NCBI GenBank assembly: GCA_038523235.1
Contig: JBCBJQ010000011.1
Location: 32,001-96,000, forward strand
Source of the DNA: Cyanobacteria bacterium J06626_4
GTDB lineage: Bacteria > Cyanobacteriota > Cyanobacteriia > Phormidesmidales > Phormidesmidaceae
DNA: 64,000 nucleotides
Direction: 5' to 3'
Numbering within the stretch: position 1 is the stretch's first letter; the number at the start of each line of letters is the position of its first letter. Both the position numbers and the translations under genes were made by a program. The notes beneath the pieces were generated by a model. It was not told where the DNA came from, ran no database searches, and saw only the letters and a list, made by a program, of their open reading frames with translations. Of this stretch, positions 42,061 to 51,968 are shown one piece after another.

Positions 42061-42984
42061 ATGAGTAAATCGTTAGACCGACTGACGCTGCTGGAGACAT
42101 TTGTGCGCATTGCCGATGCCGGTAGCATTAGTGCCGCCGCGCGCGATTTGAATCTGTCTCAGCCATCGGTGAGTCGCCAGTTGGCAGAGTTAGAATCGCG
42201 CTTCCAATCGCAACTGATGCGTCGCACCACCCACGATCTGTCTCTGACCGCTGCCGGGGCTGAGCTATTGGCTGATGCGCGTCAGCTGCTAGATGAGTGG
42301 GAAGCTCTGGAGGAGAAGCACCTAGAGACTGCAGAGGCCCTCAGAGGCACCCTGAAGATTGTGGCGCCGGTGGCGTTAGGGCAGCTACATCTGTTAGACA
42401 CGATGCTGCAGTTTCAGCAGCAGCATCCCTTGCTGTCGCTGTCTTGGCAGCTCGCAGACCAGCGCATTCGCTTTGCCGAAGTGGGGTGTGACTGCTGGAT
42501 CAAGATCGGTTCAGTTGGCGACGAATCGCTGATCGTCGAGCCGCTGGGGCAGGTTGAACGCATCGTGGTGGCTACCCCCGCCTTACTGGCAACCGGTAAC
42601 GTCCCCAACAAGCCCGCTGATCTAACGCAGTTTCCCTGGGTGGCACTAGAGCCGTTTGAAGGTCAACAGATTCCCCTCACTAACCCCAAAGGGAAAACAG
42701 TAGTGATAGCGCCGCCGGTACGGATGACTACCAATAATATTTTTGCGCTGCACAAAGCGACGTTGGCCGGGCTGGGTCTAGCTATCCTGCCGCGTTGGTT
42801 TATTGAAGATGATCTCAACCATCAGATGCTCGTCGATGTGTTGCCCCCATGGCGAGCGCCCTGGCTGACCATTCACGCGGCCTTATTACCCGGCAGACGC
42901 CGTCCTCGTCGGTTACAGCACTTTCTCGACGTCATCAGAGTCGCAGTGCCCCAAATTCCTGGGGTTGAGCAACCTCTAGATTGA
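42061..42984 (+). CDS. LysR-family transcriptional regulator
   Basis: HTH FVRIADAGSISAAARDLNLSQPSVSRQLAELE, LMRRTT; divergent from the SDR relic/AKR. Confidence 0.93.
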   Translation: MSKSLDRLTLLETFVRIADAGSISAAARDLNLSQPSVSRQLAELESRFQSQLMRRTTHDLSLTAAGAELLADARQLLDEWEALEEKHLETAEALRGTLKIVAPVALGQLHLLDTMLQFQQQHPLLSLSWQLADQRIRFAEVGCDCWIKIGSVGDESLIVEPLGQVERIVVATPALLATGNVPNKPADLTQFPWVALEPFEGQQIPLTNPKGKTVVIAPPVRMTTNNIFALHKATLAGLGLAILPRWFIEDDLNHQMLVDVLPPWRAPWLTIHAALLPGRRRPRRLQHFLDVIRVAVPQIPGVEQPLD

Positions 42985-42989
42985 ATGTC

Positions 42990-44186
42990 CTACGCCTGAT
43001 TTTGATCGAGCTGGCGCGCTTGTGCGAGTGCGGCTTTTTCGCGGGCTCGACAGAGGTAGGGCGCTAGCTGCTCGGTCGATAGCCCTGACAAAATGCTGAG
43101 ATTATCGACCCCCATGCCGCGCATGAGCATCTCGACACACCAGGTCTGTTTAGCCTGGTCGGGATGCGTGGGATAGGGCAGCGTCAAGTCTGCCGTCCAC
43201 ACGGCCCATTTCTGACCCACCTCGGCAGCGGTCATCGCGGCTTCTGCTGCCTCTCCCAAAAATAAGTAAGGGAGGCTATCTTTGCGGCTTTTCAGCCATT
43301 TGGTCAGGGGATTGTTGATGTAAGAGCCGTAGCGTTTGCCCAAGATCCATTGATTAATCGCCCCTTGACGGTGGCCGACCTGCAAGGTGTGCTGTGACTT
43401 GTCGCTTAAGTGGTGCGATCGCTCCAGCCACTCAATTTCATGGGGTGAGAGTCCGGCCCCAAAAAGCACATAGGCCAAGGCGTAGTCTTGCGATCCCGTC
43501 GCTTTGGCCTGCTTCAAAATTTGATGAGCAATGGGTTCGGGGAGATCTTGAACGACATCGGGCTCCGGGTGGCTGTTGTCGCCGAGAGCTCCCTCAGTGG
43601 TGGTGGCGGGCGCGGTGCTCCGCAGCAGCAGATTGACGAGGCCATCCAAAAAGTCTTCGCGGTGATCCCACAGGTGATGGTCATCGCTGGTGGACTCAAT
43701 CACCACATAGCCAATCAGCAGAGCCCCCAAAAAGCCCGCTAGCCGCACGGAAGAAAATGAACTCGCGGGCATGGTCTGTTCCAGATATTGCGCGACGTAG
43801 TGACTGGCTTCATCCAGCCGTTGGCCAAGGGCCTGACGGTTTTCGCTGGGATATTGATCGGCTTCCCCAATCAGCGATCGCACGAAGGCTGGGGCTTGCT
43901 CTAGCGCCTGCAGACACTCGCTAGCGTAGGTTTTGAGCGTTTGGTAGCGATCGCCGGTCGCGATCGTTTGCTGCATCAACGTCTCGCCTAAATCGCGAAA
44001 TGTCGGGGCCGCTTGAATGACGGCCTGCAGGAGCCCATATTTATTGCCAAAGTTGCGAAATAGGGTCACCTCATTAACGCCCGCTAAATCAGCAATCTGG
44101 CGTGTCGTGGTTTGGCTAACTCCCTGGGACAAAAACAGCGCTAGCGCAGCCTGAATGAGTCGTTCGCGTGTGGATAAAGTCGCCAT
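42990..44186 (-). CDS. TetR-family regulator fused to a degenerate tyrosine-recombinase-like C-terminal domain
   Basis: TetR HTH TTTRQIADLAGVNEVTLFRNFGNK; C-terminal QDYALAYVLFGAGLSPHEI and QAKQTWCVEMLMRG...LSG...PY. Confidence 0.8.
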   Translation of the reverse strand: MATLSTRERLIQAALALFLSQGVSQTTTRQIADLAGVNEVTLFRNFGNKYGLLQAVIQAAPTFRDLGETLMQQTIATGDRYQTLKTYASECLQALEQAPAFVRSLIGEADQYPSENRQALGQRLDEASHYVAQYLEQTMPASSFSSVRLAGFLGALLIGYVVIESTSDDHHLWDHREDFLDGLVNLLLRSTAPATTTEGALGDNSHPEPDVVQDLPEPIAHQILKQAKATGSQDYALAYVLFGAGLSPHEIEWLERSHHLSDKSQHTLQVGHRQGAINQWILGKRYGSYINNPLTKWLKSRKDSLPYLFLGEAAEAAMTAAEVGQKWAVWTADLTLPYPTHPDQAKQTWCVEMLMRGMGVDNLSILSGLSTEQLAPYLCRAREKAALAQARQLDQNQA

Positions 44187-44197
44187 GGACGATCAAA

Positions 44198-44212
44198 GCA
44201 AGTTGCACTTGC
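44198..44212. promoter_or_regulatory. Palindromic operator 1 (putative TetR site)
   Basis: GCAAGT-TGC-ACTTGC, 11 bp from the tetR start codon. Confidence 0.65.
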
Positions 44213-44269
44213 ATACAAATGGAAAATGCCCCTTGCACGATGGCTGAAAACTCGATACGCTAGCTTTGT

Positions 44270-44284
44270 GCAAGTGGCACTTGC
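44270..44284. promoter_or_regulatory. Palindromic operator 2 (putative TetR site)
   Basis: GCAAGT-GGC-ACTTGC next to a -10-like TACCAT upstream of the desaturase. Confidence 0.65.
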
Positions 44285-44336
44285 TTTACCATAACAGGCA
44301 GTTGCCTGAAACCATCACATCTTCAGAAAGCATCCC

Positions 44337-45182
44337 ATGAACTCAAATTCCCCTGCGGTCAGACCCGGCTATAGAAACACTGTTGACTGGGTGACTGTGC
44401 TTTTTTTTGCGACTTTTCACCTCCTGGCATTGCTAACCCCCTGGTTCTTTTCTTGGTCAGCGCTGGGCGTCATGCTGTTACTGCACTGGCTGTTCGGCAG
44501 CATTGGCATCTGCTTGGGCTATCACCGACTGCTGAGTCATCGTAGTTTTCGAGTACCCCAGTGGTTGGAATATGTGTTGACCACCATTGGGGCGTTGGCA
44601 ACTCAGGGTGGCCCCATTTTCTGGGTGGGGGGACACCGCAAACACCACGCCTTTACCGAAGATCCCCAAAAAGATCCTTACTCAGCCAAGCGCGGGTTCT
44701 GGTGGAGCCACATCATCTGGATCCTGAAACCTCAACACGAATCCTTCGCCTTTAATGAATATTCCAAGTATGCACCTGACTTAGCCAAAAGCGCCTACTA
44801 CCGTTGGCTTGATCGATACTTCCTCTTGCTGCAAGTGCCACTTGCCATTTTGCTCTACGCTCTCGGCGGCTGGTCATTCGTGGTCTACGGTGTCTTTGCC
44901 CGGTCGGTGCTGTTGTGGCATTCCACTTGGTTTGTGAATTCGGCGACTCACTGCTGGGGCTATCGTAATTTCCAAGCAAACGACAATGCGCGTAATCTTT
45001 GGTGGGTCTCACTGTTAACCTACGGCGAAGGCTGGCATAACAACCACCACACGTTTCCCCATTCGGCTCAGACGGGTTGGCACTGGTGGGAAATTGATGT
45101 GACCTGGCAGACGATTCGACTGCTGCAGCGATTGGGGCTGGCTACAAAGGTAAGGATGATTCCCCTCAGCAAGCGCTCTTAA
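44337..45182 (+). CDS. desC: Delta-9-type acyl-lipid desaturase (DesC family)
   Basis: His boxes HRLLSH, HRKHH and HNNHH. Confidence 0.85.
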   Translation: MNSNSPAVRPGYRNTVDWVTVLFFATFHLLALLTPWFFSWSALGVMLLLHWLFGSIGICLGYHRLLSHRSFRVPQWLEYVLTTIGALATQGGPIFWVGGHRKHHAFTEDPQKDPYSAKRGFWWSHIIWILKPQHESFAFNEYSKYAPDLAKSAYYRWLDRYFLLLQVPLAILLYALGGWSFVVYGVFARSVLLWHSTWFVNSATHCWGYRNFQANDNARNLWWVSLLTYGEGWHNNHHTFPHSAQTGWHWWEIDVTWQTIRLLQRLGLATKVRMIPLSKRS

Positions 45183-45276
45183 ATCCTGAGACCCTAGCTC
45201 TGCACGCACTGAAAGTTCGTTCGACAAAATCCATTCAGGGTTTTGCTGAACGAATTTTTGTGCGGTGATCTGTCGC

Positions 45277-46818
45277 CTATGGCTCTGTTTCTTTTTCTTC
45301 CCTCTGTCTGATGGGTAAGTCGAGGGCCACTGGCGAGGTTGCTTGCAAGTGGCGAATCGCGTCAGCGATAAATTCCCGTACAAACTGTTCGCGACGGTTG
45401 AGCTGAAACTGCTTTTGCACCACTTCCCCAATGCCGCCATCCCCCCAGTCTTGGTTTTGAGTGAAATAATCCATAAAGCTTTTACCGGCAATGCGCGTGA
45501 GGTAGGCGGCGCTGATGCCTTGCACGCCCCGACTTGCGATCGCCGTGGGAATCGTCGTCTGCAGCCCCAGCGCTAATAGCCCCATGGCCCCTTTTACGAT
45601 GCCGAGTCCGGTCAAGGTGCGCGCTAGGGTGTACGCCAGTTCTTTGCCCTCTTGGAGAGACAACTCAAATTGATAAACTCGCCCCAGATCCACCACCATT
45701 TGGGCGTTGATGGCAGCGGTGGCGAGCAGATCGATGCCCGGTAGCGGCGTCGCCGCAACGACGGCAGCGGTAATCCACTGATAGCGTTCAATCACGGCGT
45801 TTGCGGCCTGATGGCGTTGGGCCTGAATCAGTTGGCGGGCGGCCTCTCCTAAATGCTGCGATCGCAGCAAGAGCGAATCGGCCAACAGATCTGCCCCCTC
45901 GTCACGCAATACCTCGGTCAGGCGCTTTTCGAGCGGCCACAAATCGGGTTCCATCTGGGCGACTGCCCCTGTGGCCAGCGTCAGGGGTTGCGGATTGGCC
46001 GCAATATCGACCACATCAGCCGCGACTAAGTCAGGTTGCAAACGCCCTCTCACCTCGGCCAAAATGGCTTGCAGGTCACCGTCAGGAAACAAATCCGCTT
46101 TGTTGAGCACAATGATGAGCCGTTTGCCTATGTCTAGCAGCGATCGCGCCAAGGCATATTCCGACTGCCGCAGATCATTGTCAATGACAAATAACAGGAG
46201 GTCAGCCTCGGTGGCTAGCTGACGCACTTGCGCTTCTTGCTGCGGGCCTTCGGTGCTGGCTTCTAACAAGCCCGGCGTATCGGTGAGCCAAATCATCTGC
46301 TCTACCCCCACAACTTTGAGGGGATAGGTCGCAGCCACTGACGTGGTCCCCATGGGGGCGTCAACTGCACCGCCCAGATCTCCTGTCAGTTGGTTGACGA
46401 TGGACGTTTTGCCCACTGAGCCGACGCCCAACAACACAATGCGAATATCTCGCTGTTGCCACCGGTCCGTAAGAACTTTCAGCTTTTCTCGCAGGGCGAC
46501 TTGAGTCACCTCGTCTTGAATCTGCGCCACTTGCTGTTCAATAGCCGCGATCGCCACTGCCGCCACGTCTCCTTTCGCCTTGGGTAAGGTGGGAGAGGAG
46601 CGCCGCTGCGGCCTCAGAAAAGCTCGAAAATAATACAGACCACCAATGACCGCGGCCACTGTCAAGCCGATCACGGCGATCAAAAACAGCTGGGCGAGTA
46701 ATGGCGAGAGGAGGGCGATCGCGGCCTGGGCTCGCAGCACAAAATCGATCGCCCACAGCACCATGCCCACAGTAAACACTGCGGCAACGCCGATGACGAG
46801 GAGCCGAACCCGCTTCAT
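45277..46818 (-). CDS. Membrane-anchored GTP-binding protein with DUF697 domain
   Basis: GSVGKTS, DTPG, NKAD; C-terminal TPLPGIDLLATAAINAQMV; start ATG 46818. Confidence 0.8.
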   Translation of the reverse strand: MKRVRLLVIGVAAVFTVGMVLWAIDFVLRAQAAIALLSPLLAQLFLIAVIGLTVAAVIGGLYYFRAFLRPQRRSSPTLPKAKGDVAAVAIAAIEQQVAQIQDEVTQVALREKLKVLTDRWQQRDIRIVLLGVGSVGKTSIVNQLTGDLGGAVDAPMGTTSVAATYPLKVVGVEQMIWLTDTPGLLEASTEGPQQEAQVRQLATEADLLLFVIDNDLRQSEYALARSLLDIGKRLIIVLNKADLFPDGDLQAILAEVRGRLQPDLVAADVVDIAANPQPLTLATGAVAQMEPDLWPLEKRLTEVLRDEGADLLADSLLLRSQHLGEAARQLIQAQRHQAANAVIERYQWITAAVVAATPLPGIDLLATAAINAQMVVDLGRVYQFELSLQEGKELAYTLARTLTGLGIVKGAMGLLALGLQTTIPTAIASRGVQGISAAYLTRIAGKSFMDYFTQNQDWGDGGIGEVVQKQFQLNRREQFVREFIADAIRHLQATSPVALDLPIRQREEKETEP

Positions 46819-47471
46819 GCCACTTTCCCTCCCCAGCGATCGCTTCCTAGAACGCATCATTAATCAACGGACAACCGCTTTGGCGTCAACCATGACGCGC
46901 TCGCATCAACTCTATCAGCTAGGAGTTGAGAGTGAGGCACGGCAAGTTAGGCACAGCTAAATGATGACAGCCCCTAGCCGAGGAGATACGTTCAACAATT
47001 CCTGACTTCTCTACAAGGCTCAAAAAGTATTTTCCAACACCAAATCACAGGGCACAAAAATTGTTTTGTCATCTAAATCCAAGGAAATATCTATAGCTTC
47101 TCGGGCAACATTTATGGCCCTACGATTGATATAAAAAATCAATAAGTTGGCAAGACTACAGCTTCAGACATAGTTTGGTAGTTTTGAGCACTTTTAAAAC
47201 CACTAATTTCTAGGGGACAGCCCACTTTTTGGCAAAGCGGGGATCAATTTTACCGCAGCCTAGAATTAAGTGTGGGAAGTTTGTACCCAAGTTGTTCGTT
47301 AAGTTTGCGAGACTCATACTAAATAACGTTAAGATCCTGGGAAACCTATGTGACAAGAGCATTTGAGCATTAGCTCTTGAACAAAATGGGCGATCGCCTC
47401 TCCACGATTATCGACAAACTGTTTCAAATTATTGCAGTATGTACCAGCTTGTAAGGGGTTTGGGATCGATG

Positions 47472-47514
47472 GTAGTCGCGTTTACAACCAATCACTGTTC
47501 AAGAGTGTTAACTT
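47472..47514 (+). promoter_or_regulatory. Putative NtcA-activated promoter
   Basis: GTA-GTCGCGTT-TAC (47472-47485), 23 nt, then TAACTT (TAN3T, 47509-47514). Confidence 0.5.
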
Positions 47515-47552
47515 GCAACTAGTCGTCTATTGTGGTTCGCCCTTGAATTCTT

Positions 47553-47888
47553 ATGACCCAGATCATTGACCATCTGCCTTCTGACCAGTCTGTATCTATG
47601 CTTTGCTGCTATGTAAATGCCACTAGTAAGATGCAGGTCGTTCGCATTACTAATGTCCATAATTGGTATTTTGAGCGAGTCGTTTTTCCTGGCCAAAGAT
47701 TAATGTTTGAAGCTGTGTCTGAAGCTCAGCTAGAGATCCATACTGGGATGATGGCCAGTGCGATTTTGTCTGACACCATTCCTTGCAACCGCTTAGCCGT
47801 AGATCCCGAAGGTCAGCAGCCTTGGCAGCAACAGATGACCGCTGAAGCGCTGAACATGGAGCCAGCCGCCGCCTCAGTTGGTGCTTGA
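47553..47888 (+). CDS. DUF1830 domain protein
   Basis: CCYVNATSKMQVVRITN..NWYFERVVFPGQRLMFEA...LEIHTG. Confidence 0.88.
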   Translation: MTQIIDHLPSDQSVSMLCCYVNATSKMQVVRITNVHNWYFERVVFPGQRLMFEAVSEAQLEIHTGMMASAILSDTIPCNRLAVDPEGQQPWQQQMTAEALNMEPAAASVGA

Positions 47889-47982
47889 GCAAGATTTTGG
47901 TTAAGTAATCCATCAGGGCAGCGCTTCAATCATCCCTTGTAGGCATTTGACTCTCATGTGCTCTTGCGAGTTTTTCACTTTC

Positions 47983-48018
47983 CTGCCGATGGCATTTCTG
48001 TCATCGGCAGCTTTTATT
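47983..48018 (+). terminator. Intrinsic terminator
   Basis: CTGCCGATGGCA-TTTC-TGTCATCGGCAG-CTTTTATT. Confidence 0.7.
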
Positions 48019-48189
48019 AAATTTGATCTGCATCCCCTTGCTCCTTGGTTCACTCCTTTGTCAGATAGCCGCTCAAGATGGCTCCGGTGCCCGTCGGATC
48101 TTGCCACTGAGCAGCGGATTTGCTTCTTGGTGGAATAATGATGCCAATAGTTCCGCCGACACCTTCACGCGTTAAACCGCTATCTGATG

Positions 48190-49446
48190 TTAAGGGGCTA
48201 GCAAATTTTCTAGGTATTGGTAAAGCGCATCATCGCTTTGCGCGGCTAAGCGCTTTGATTTGAGTTCGATTAAGGCGGCGGCCAAATTGTCGGCCCGCTT
48301 TTTGTAATCTCGATGTCCCGCTAACAGATCAAGGAATGCACTCCGCTCGATCTGGTCGCGACTGACATCCGCCGCCAGCGGTGAGTCAAAATCTCGCTCT
48401 TCAACGTCGTACTTCAGCAGAAAAATCAGCGCCTGACTCATCGACTGCAGGGTTTTCTGCAGGGCCTTCGTATCCAACTCCAGTCGTTCAAAACCGACCT
48501 GCCCCTCAATCCGTAACTCGACGATGGGGTGGTCTTGTGGGATCAGCTGACCATTTTGAATGGCCTCAGTGATTTGGGCTTCCGCCATCATAATCACCTC
48601 GTCCTGACTCTCTTCACCTTTGACTTTGACTGCGAGTTGAACGATCGGACGCTGCTGATAGTCTTGTTTTAACGTAGCTTCGATCCTTTGTTCGGTTGTT
48701 TCGACCAGATAAACACCGCGCCGAAAGCTTCCTTCTTCGACATTGTTGGCTTCTATGGAACCTGGGTTAAAGACCCAGCCGCCCTCACTATAGTTTTTGT
48801 GAATATGTCCTAAGGCTAAATAATCGACCCCGGCTTCCTTGAGGGGCAGTAGTTCTGAGTATCTCAGGGCACCACTATAGCGAGCAATCTGTCCTTCAAG
48901 ACCATGGTGAAACATGAGGACGGTGGTTTTAGGGCCAGCGGGAAGCGTCGGAATGGCCTCGGCAATTTGAGCGATCGCTTGCACAGCGGTGGCCCCATAC
49001 CAGGCTGACCCCAGCACGCGCACGCTACAGGGTAAGTCAATATACCCTCCCCGTTTTTGAGTCTCATCCCAAGGGGAATAAAGCGGTTCGCCAGCCGCTA
49101 AGTTTCCTGGTTCTAAAAGACGAATCAATCCCCACTGGGACAAATATTTGAGCCAGCTTGTTGACGTGCCATAGGGAGTGTTGTCGTGATTGCCTTCAAT
49201 TGCTAAGACAGGAATGTTGGCGGCTTGAAGCTGCTGAAAACAAATTTGCGCTTGGTTGAGCACCGCTGGTTGAATCACCCGATGCTCAAATAAATCACCG
49301 GCAATAATCACAAAGTCGACGGCTGCGGCGATCGCATACTTTTGCAGCGCATCAGATAGCGCAAAGAAAAAATCTTTAGTGCGTTCAGGGCTGTTGTATC
49401 GGTCAAACCCAAGATGAATATCTGCCAGATGAAGAAACCGGGCCAT
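48190..49446 (-). CDS. sbcD: SbcD/Mre11-type DNA repair exonuclease
   Basis: DIHLG, AGDLFE, GNHD, MFHH, LGHIH, NPGS. Confidence 0.88.
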   Translation of the reverse strand: MARFLHLADIHLGFDRYNSPERTKDFFFALSDALQKYAIAAAVDFVIIAGDLFEHRVIQPAVLNQAQICFQQLQAANIPVLAIEGNHDNTPYGTSTSWLKYLSQWGLIRLLEPGNLAAGEPLYSPWDETQKRGGYIDLPCSVRVLGSAWYGATAVQAIAQIAEAIPTLPAGPKTTVLMFHHGLEGQIARYSGALRYSELLPLKEAGVDYLALGHIHKNYSEGGWVFNPGSIEANNVEEGSFRRGVYLVETTEQRIEATLKQDYQQRPIVQLAVKVKGEESQDEVIMMAEAQITEAIQNGQLIPQDHPIVELRIEGQVGFERLELDTKALQKTLQSMSQALIFLLKYDVEERDFDSPLAADVSRDQIERSAFLDLLAGHRDYKKRADNLAAALIELKSKRLAAQSDDALYQYLENLLAP

Positions 49447-49546
49447 GGAGTCTGTCCTCTGTCGCTACCGCGCTCAGTCTAATTGCTTATTCTACGACTA
49501 CGTCAGTCGTCATCTCATGACGCAGTTCCTGTAGCGCCGCGGACGG

Positions 49547-50647
49547 CTAAGCAGCAGACTCTGAAGTCGCTAACGACTCCAACTGTTCTTGCTGATCCTG
49601 AGTGATGCAAGATTGAATCATCGTTTCGATATCGCCTTCTAAGGCTGGCGTCAGCGAAAAGTTCTGATTCAAGCGATGATCGGTGATGCGATTGTCTTTG
49701 TAGTTGTAAGTGCGAATTTTCTCAGAACGGGAGCCGGTACCCACCTGCGATCGCCGCATCGAGGTGACCGCCTCCTTTTGCTCTCGCAGCTTCATTTCGT
49801 AAAGCTTAGCGCGCAAAATCTGCATAGCGCGTTCTCGGTTTTGCAGCTGCGATCGTTCTTCCGTACAAAAAATTCGAATGCCTGTGGGCTTATGAAACAG
49901 GTCAACAGCAGTTTCAACCTTGTTGACGTTCTGGCCGCCAGCCCCACCGGATCGAGCGGTCGAAATATCCACCTCAGTAGGGTCAATATGAACTTCAACA
50001 TCATCCACTTCGGGCATAATTGCCACAGTAGCCGTCGAAGTATGCACGCGTCCGCCAGCCTCGGTCACGGGGACTCGCTGCACTCGATGCACGCCAGCTT
50101 CATACTTCAACTTGCTATAGACGTTATTGCCCTGAATTTCTAAAACAGCTTCCTTGAAGCCGCCCATATCAGCCGTCGATTCGCTGACTAGCTTAATCCG
50201 CCATTTCTGAGATTCTGAGTAGCGCGAATACATTCTGACGAGATCACCGGCCCAAATGCTGGCCTCATCACCGCCAGTACCGGCCCGAATCTCCAACATG
50301 ATGTTCTTTTCGTCGTTGGGATCTTTTGGCAGCAGTAAAATCTTGAGCTGAGCTTCTAACCCGTCAAGGCGTTCTTCGAGGTCGCTGACTTCTGTCGCCG
50401 CCATTTCTTTCAAATCAGGATCACTGCTCGACTCTCGATAAATCTCGCGAGCCCCGGCCAACTCTTCCTGCAGCTCTTTCCACGTATCGTAGGTCGTAAC
50501 TGTCTCCTCTAAAGAAGAGCGGGCCTTCGCAATCCGCTGAAACTCATCCGGATCCTTAGCGACGTCCGGATCAGCCAAACGCCGAGTTAACTCGTGGAAC
50601 GTTTGGTTTACCGAGTTTAATTTATCTAGCAGATAAGCTTCGGCCAT
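49547..50647 (-). CDS. prfA: Peptide chain release factor 1
   Basis: PVT motif, [12 protein letters not shown]. Confidence 0.98.
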   Translation of the reverse strand: MAEAYLLDKLNSVNQTFHELTRRLADPDVAKDPDEFQRIAKARSSLEETVTTYDTWKELQEELAGAREIYRESSSDPDLKEMAATEVSDLEERLDGLEAQLKILLLPKDPNDEKNIMLEIRAGTGGDEASIWAGDLVRMYSRYSESQKWRIKLVSESTADMGGFKEAVLEIQGNNVYSKLKYEAGVHRVQRVPVTEAGGRVHTSTATVAIMPEVDDVEVHIDPTEVDISTARSGGAGGQNVNKVETAVDLFHKPTGIRIFCTEERSQLQNRERAMQILRAKLYEMKLREQKEAVTSMRRSQVGTGSRSEKIRTYNYKDNRITDHRLNQNFSLTPALEGDIETMIQSCITQDQQEQLESLATSESAA

Positions 50648-50707
50648 TTTTTCTTCCGTGACTCTATTACGACCCGCTGAATTCCACTCAAGGCGGAGTC
50701 CAGAAAG

Positions 50708-50950
50708 TTACTCAGAGTCAGTGCTCGTGGTCTCCGCCGTCGAGTCAGACATGCCATACTTCCGCATAAAGCGCTCAACCCGACCCTCAGTATCAATAAT
50801 TTTCTGAGTGCCCGTATAAAAGGGGTGATTGCCCGACCACACATCGACATGCAACTCTGGCTTTGTCGAGCCAACGGTCATAATCAGTTTACCGTCGCAG
50901 TAAACCTTAGCTTCGGGATACCACTCAGGATGAATTTCAGCTTTTGGCAT
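50708..50950 (-). CDS. rpmE: 50S ribosomal protein L31
   Basis: MPKAEIHP..Y, HPFYTG, GRVERF. Confidence 0.97.
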   Translation of the reverse strand: MPKAEIHPEWYPEAKVYCDGKLIMTVGSTKPELHVDVWSGNHPFYTGTQKIIDTEGRVERFMRKYGMSDSTAETTSTDSE

Positions 50951-51034
50951 TGTTACCTCGCAATCAGTAGAAGGAATTTATTGCAAACCTGTCTAAGCAG
51001 CGCGATCGCTCCCAAGACATTGATCCAGTCGTAA

Positions 51035-51448
51035 TTAGCGTTTGGAGAACTGAGGGGCTTTCCGCGCTTTCTTGAGGCCGTACTTCTTACGCTCTTTACA
51101 GCGGGGATCACGGGTTAAGTACCCTTCGACCTTGAGCGGTTTTCGGTTCTCCGGATCTAGCTCACACAGAGCCCGAGCCACTCCCATTTTAATCGCGTCA
51201 GCGTGACCCGTGAGCCCACCGCCATGGACATTGACTAGAACGTCGTACTCACTTTCTAGGCCTAACGTTTCCAAGGGCGCCTTGACGGTCGTCAGATAAG
51301 CCGCATTGCCCTGCAGATGCAGCTCAGCCGGACGGCCATTAATGGTAACTTGACCACTGCCAGGCACCAAACGCACCCGAGCGATCGCCGATTTGCGGCG
51401 GCCCGTGCCCCAATAAACCACGCGATCAGTATTGTCAGTCGCTTGCAT
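51035..51448 (-). CDS. rpsI: 30S ribosomal protein S9
   Basis: [25 protein letters not shown]. Confidence 0.98.
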   Translation of the reverse strand: MQATDNTDRVVYWGTGRRKSAIARVRLVPGSGQVTINGRPAELHLQGNAAYLTTVKAPLETLGLESEYDVLVNVHGGGLTGHADAIKMGVARALCELDPENRKPLKVEGYLTRDPRCKERKKYGLKKARKAPQFSKR

Positions 51449-51903
51449 TATGCTTTTCCTCCAGGAGTCGTATTGATAACCAGGGTCTCAGGTTGTTGAG
51501 CGTCGTGGGGATGCTCATTACCGGCATAGACCTTCAGCTTGGTAAACAGCTTCCGCCCCAAAGCATTCTTCGGCAGCATCCCTTTGACCGCTTTTTCGAT
51601 GATGCGCTCAGGGATTCGATCTTGAAGCTGTGCAAAGGTCTCAGTCTTCATCCCGCCGGGTCGTCCCGAGTGACGGCGATAGAGCTTCTGGCTGGACTTG
51701 TTGCCCGTCACAACTACTTTTTCCGCATTCACGATGACAACAAAGTCACCGGTATCCATGTTGGGCGTAAAGGTGGGTTTGTTTTTACCGCGAAGAATGC
51801 TGGCAACCTCAGTAGCTAGGCGTCCAAGGCGCTGATCAGTCGCATCAACGACATACCATTTACGATCAATTTCATCAACGGGTGGGATGTAGGTTTTAGT
51901 CAT
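51448..51903 (-). CDS. rplM: 50S ribosomal protein L13
   Basis: [31 protein letters not shown]. Confidence 0.98.
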   Translation of the reverse strand: MTKTYIPPVDEIDRKWYVVDATDQRLGRLATEVASILRGKNKPTFTPNMDTGDFVVIVNAEKVVVTGNKSSQKLYRRHSGRPGGMKTETFAQLQDRIPERIIEKAVKGMLPKNALGRKLFTKLKVYAGNEHPHDAQQPETLVINTTPGGKA

Positions 51904-51968
51904 GGGTTTCTTTGGAAAGGTTCAGAGCAAGGTGGGCAAGATCGCTGACTGGATTCAAACGGCAGATT

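Noticed and set aside
48190..49446. SbcD as part of a defence system
   Set aside because: Typical housekeeping SbcD next to prfA; no defence partners nearby
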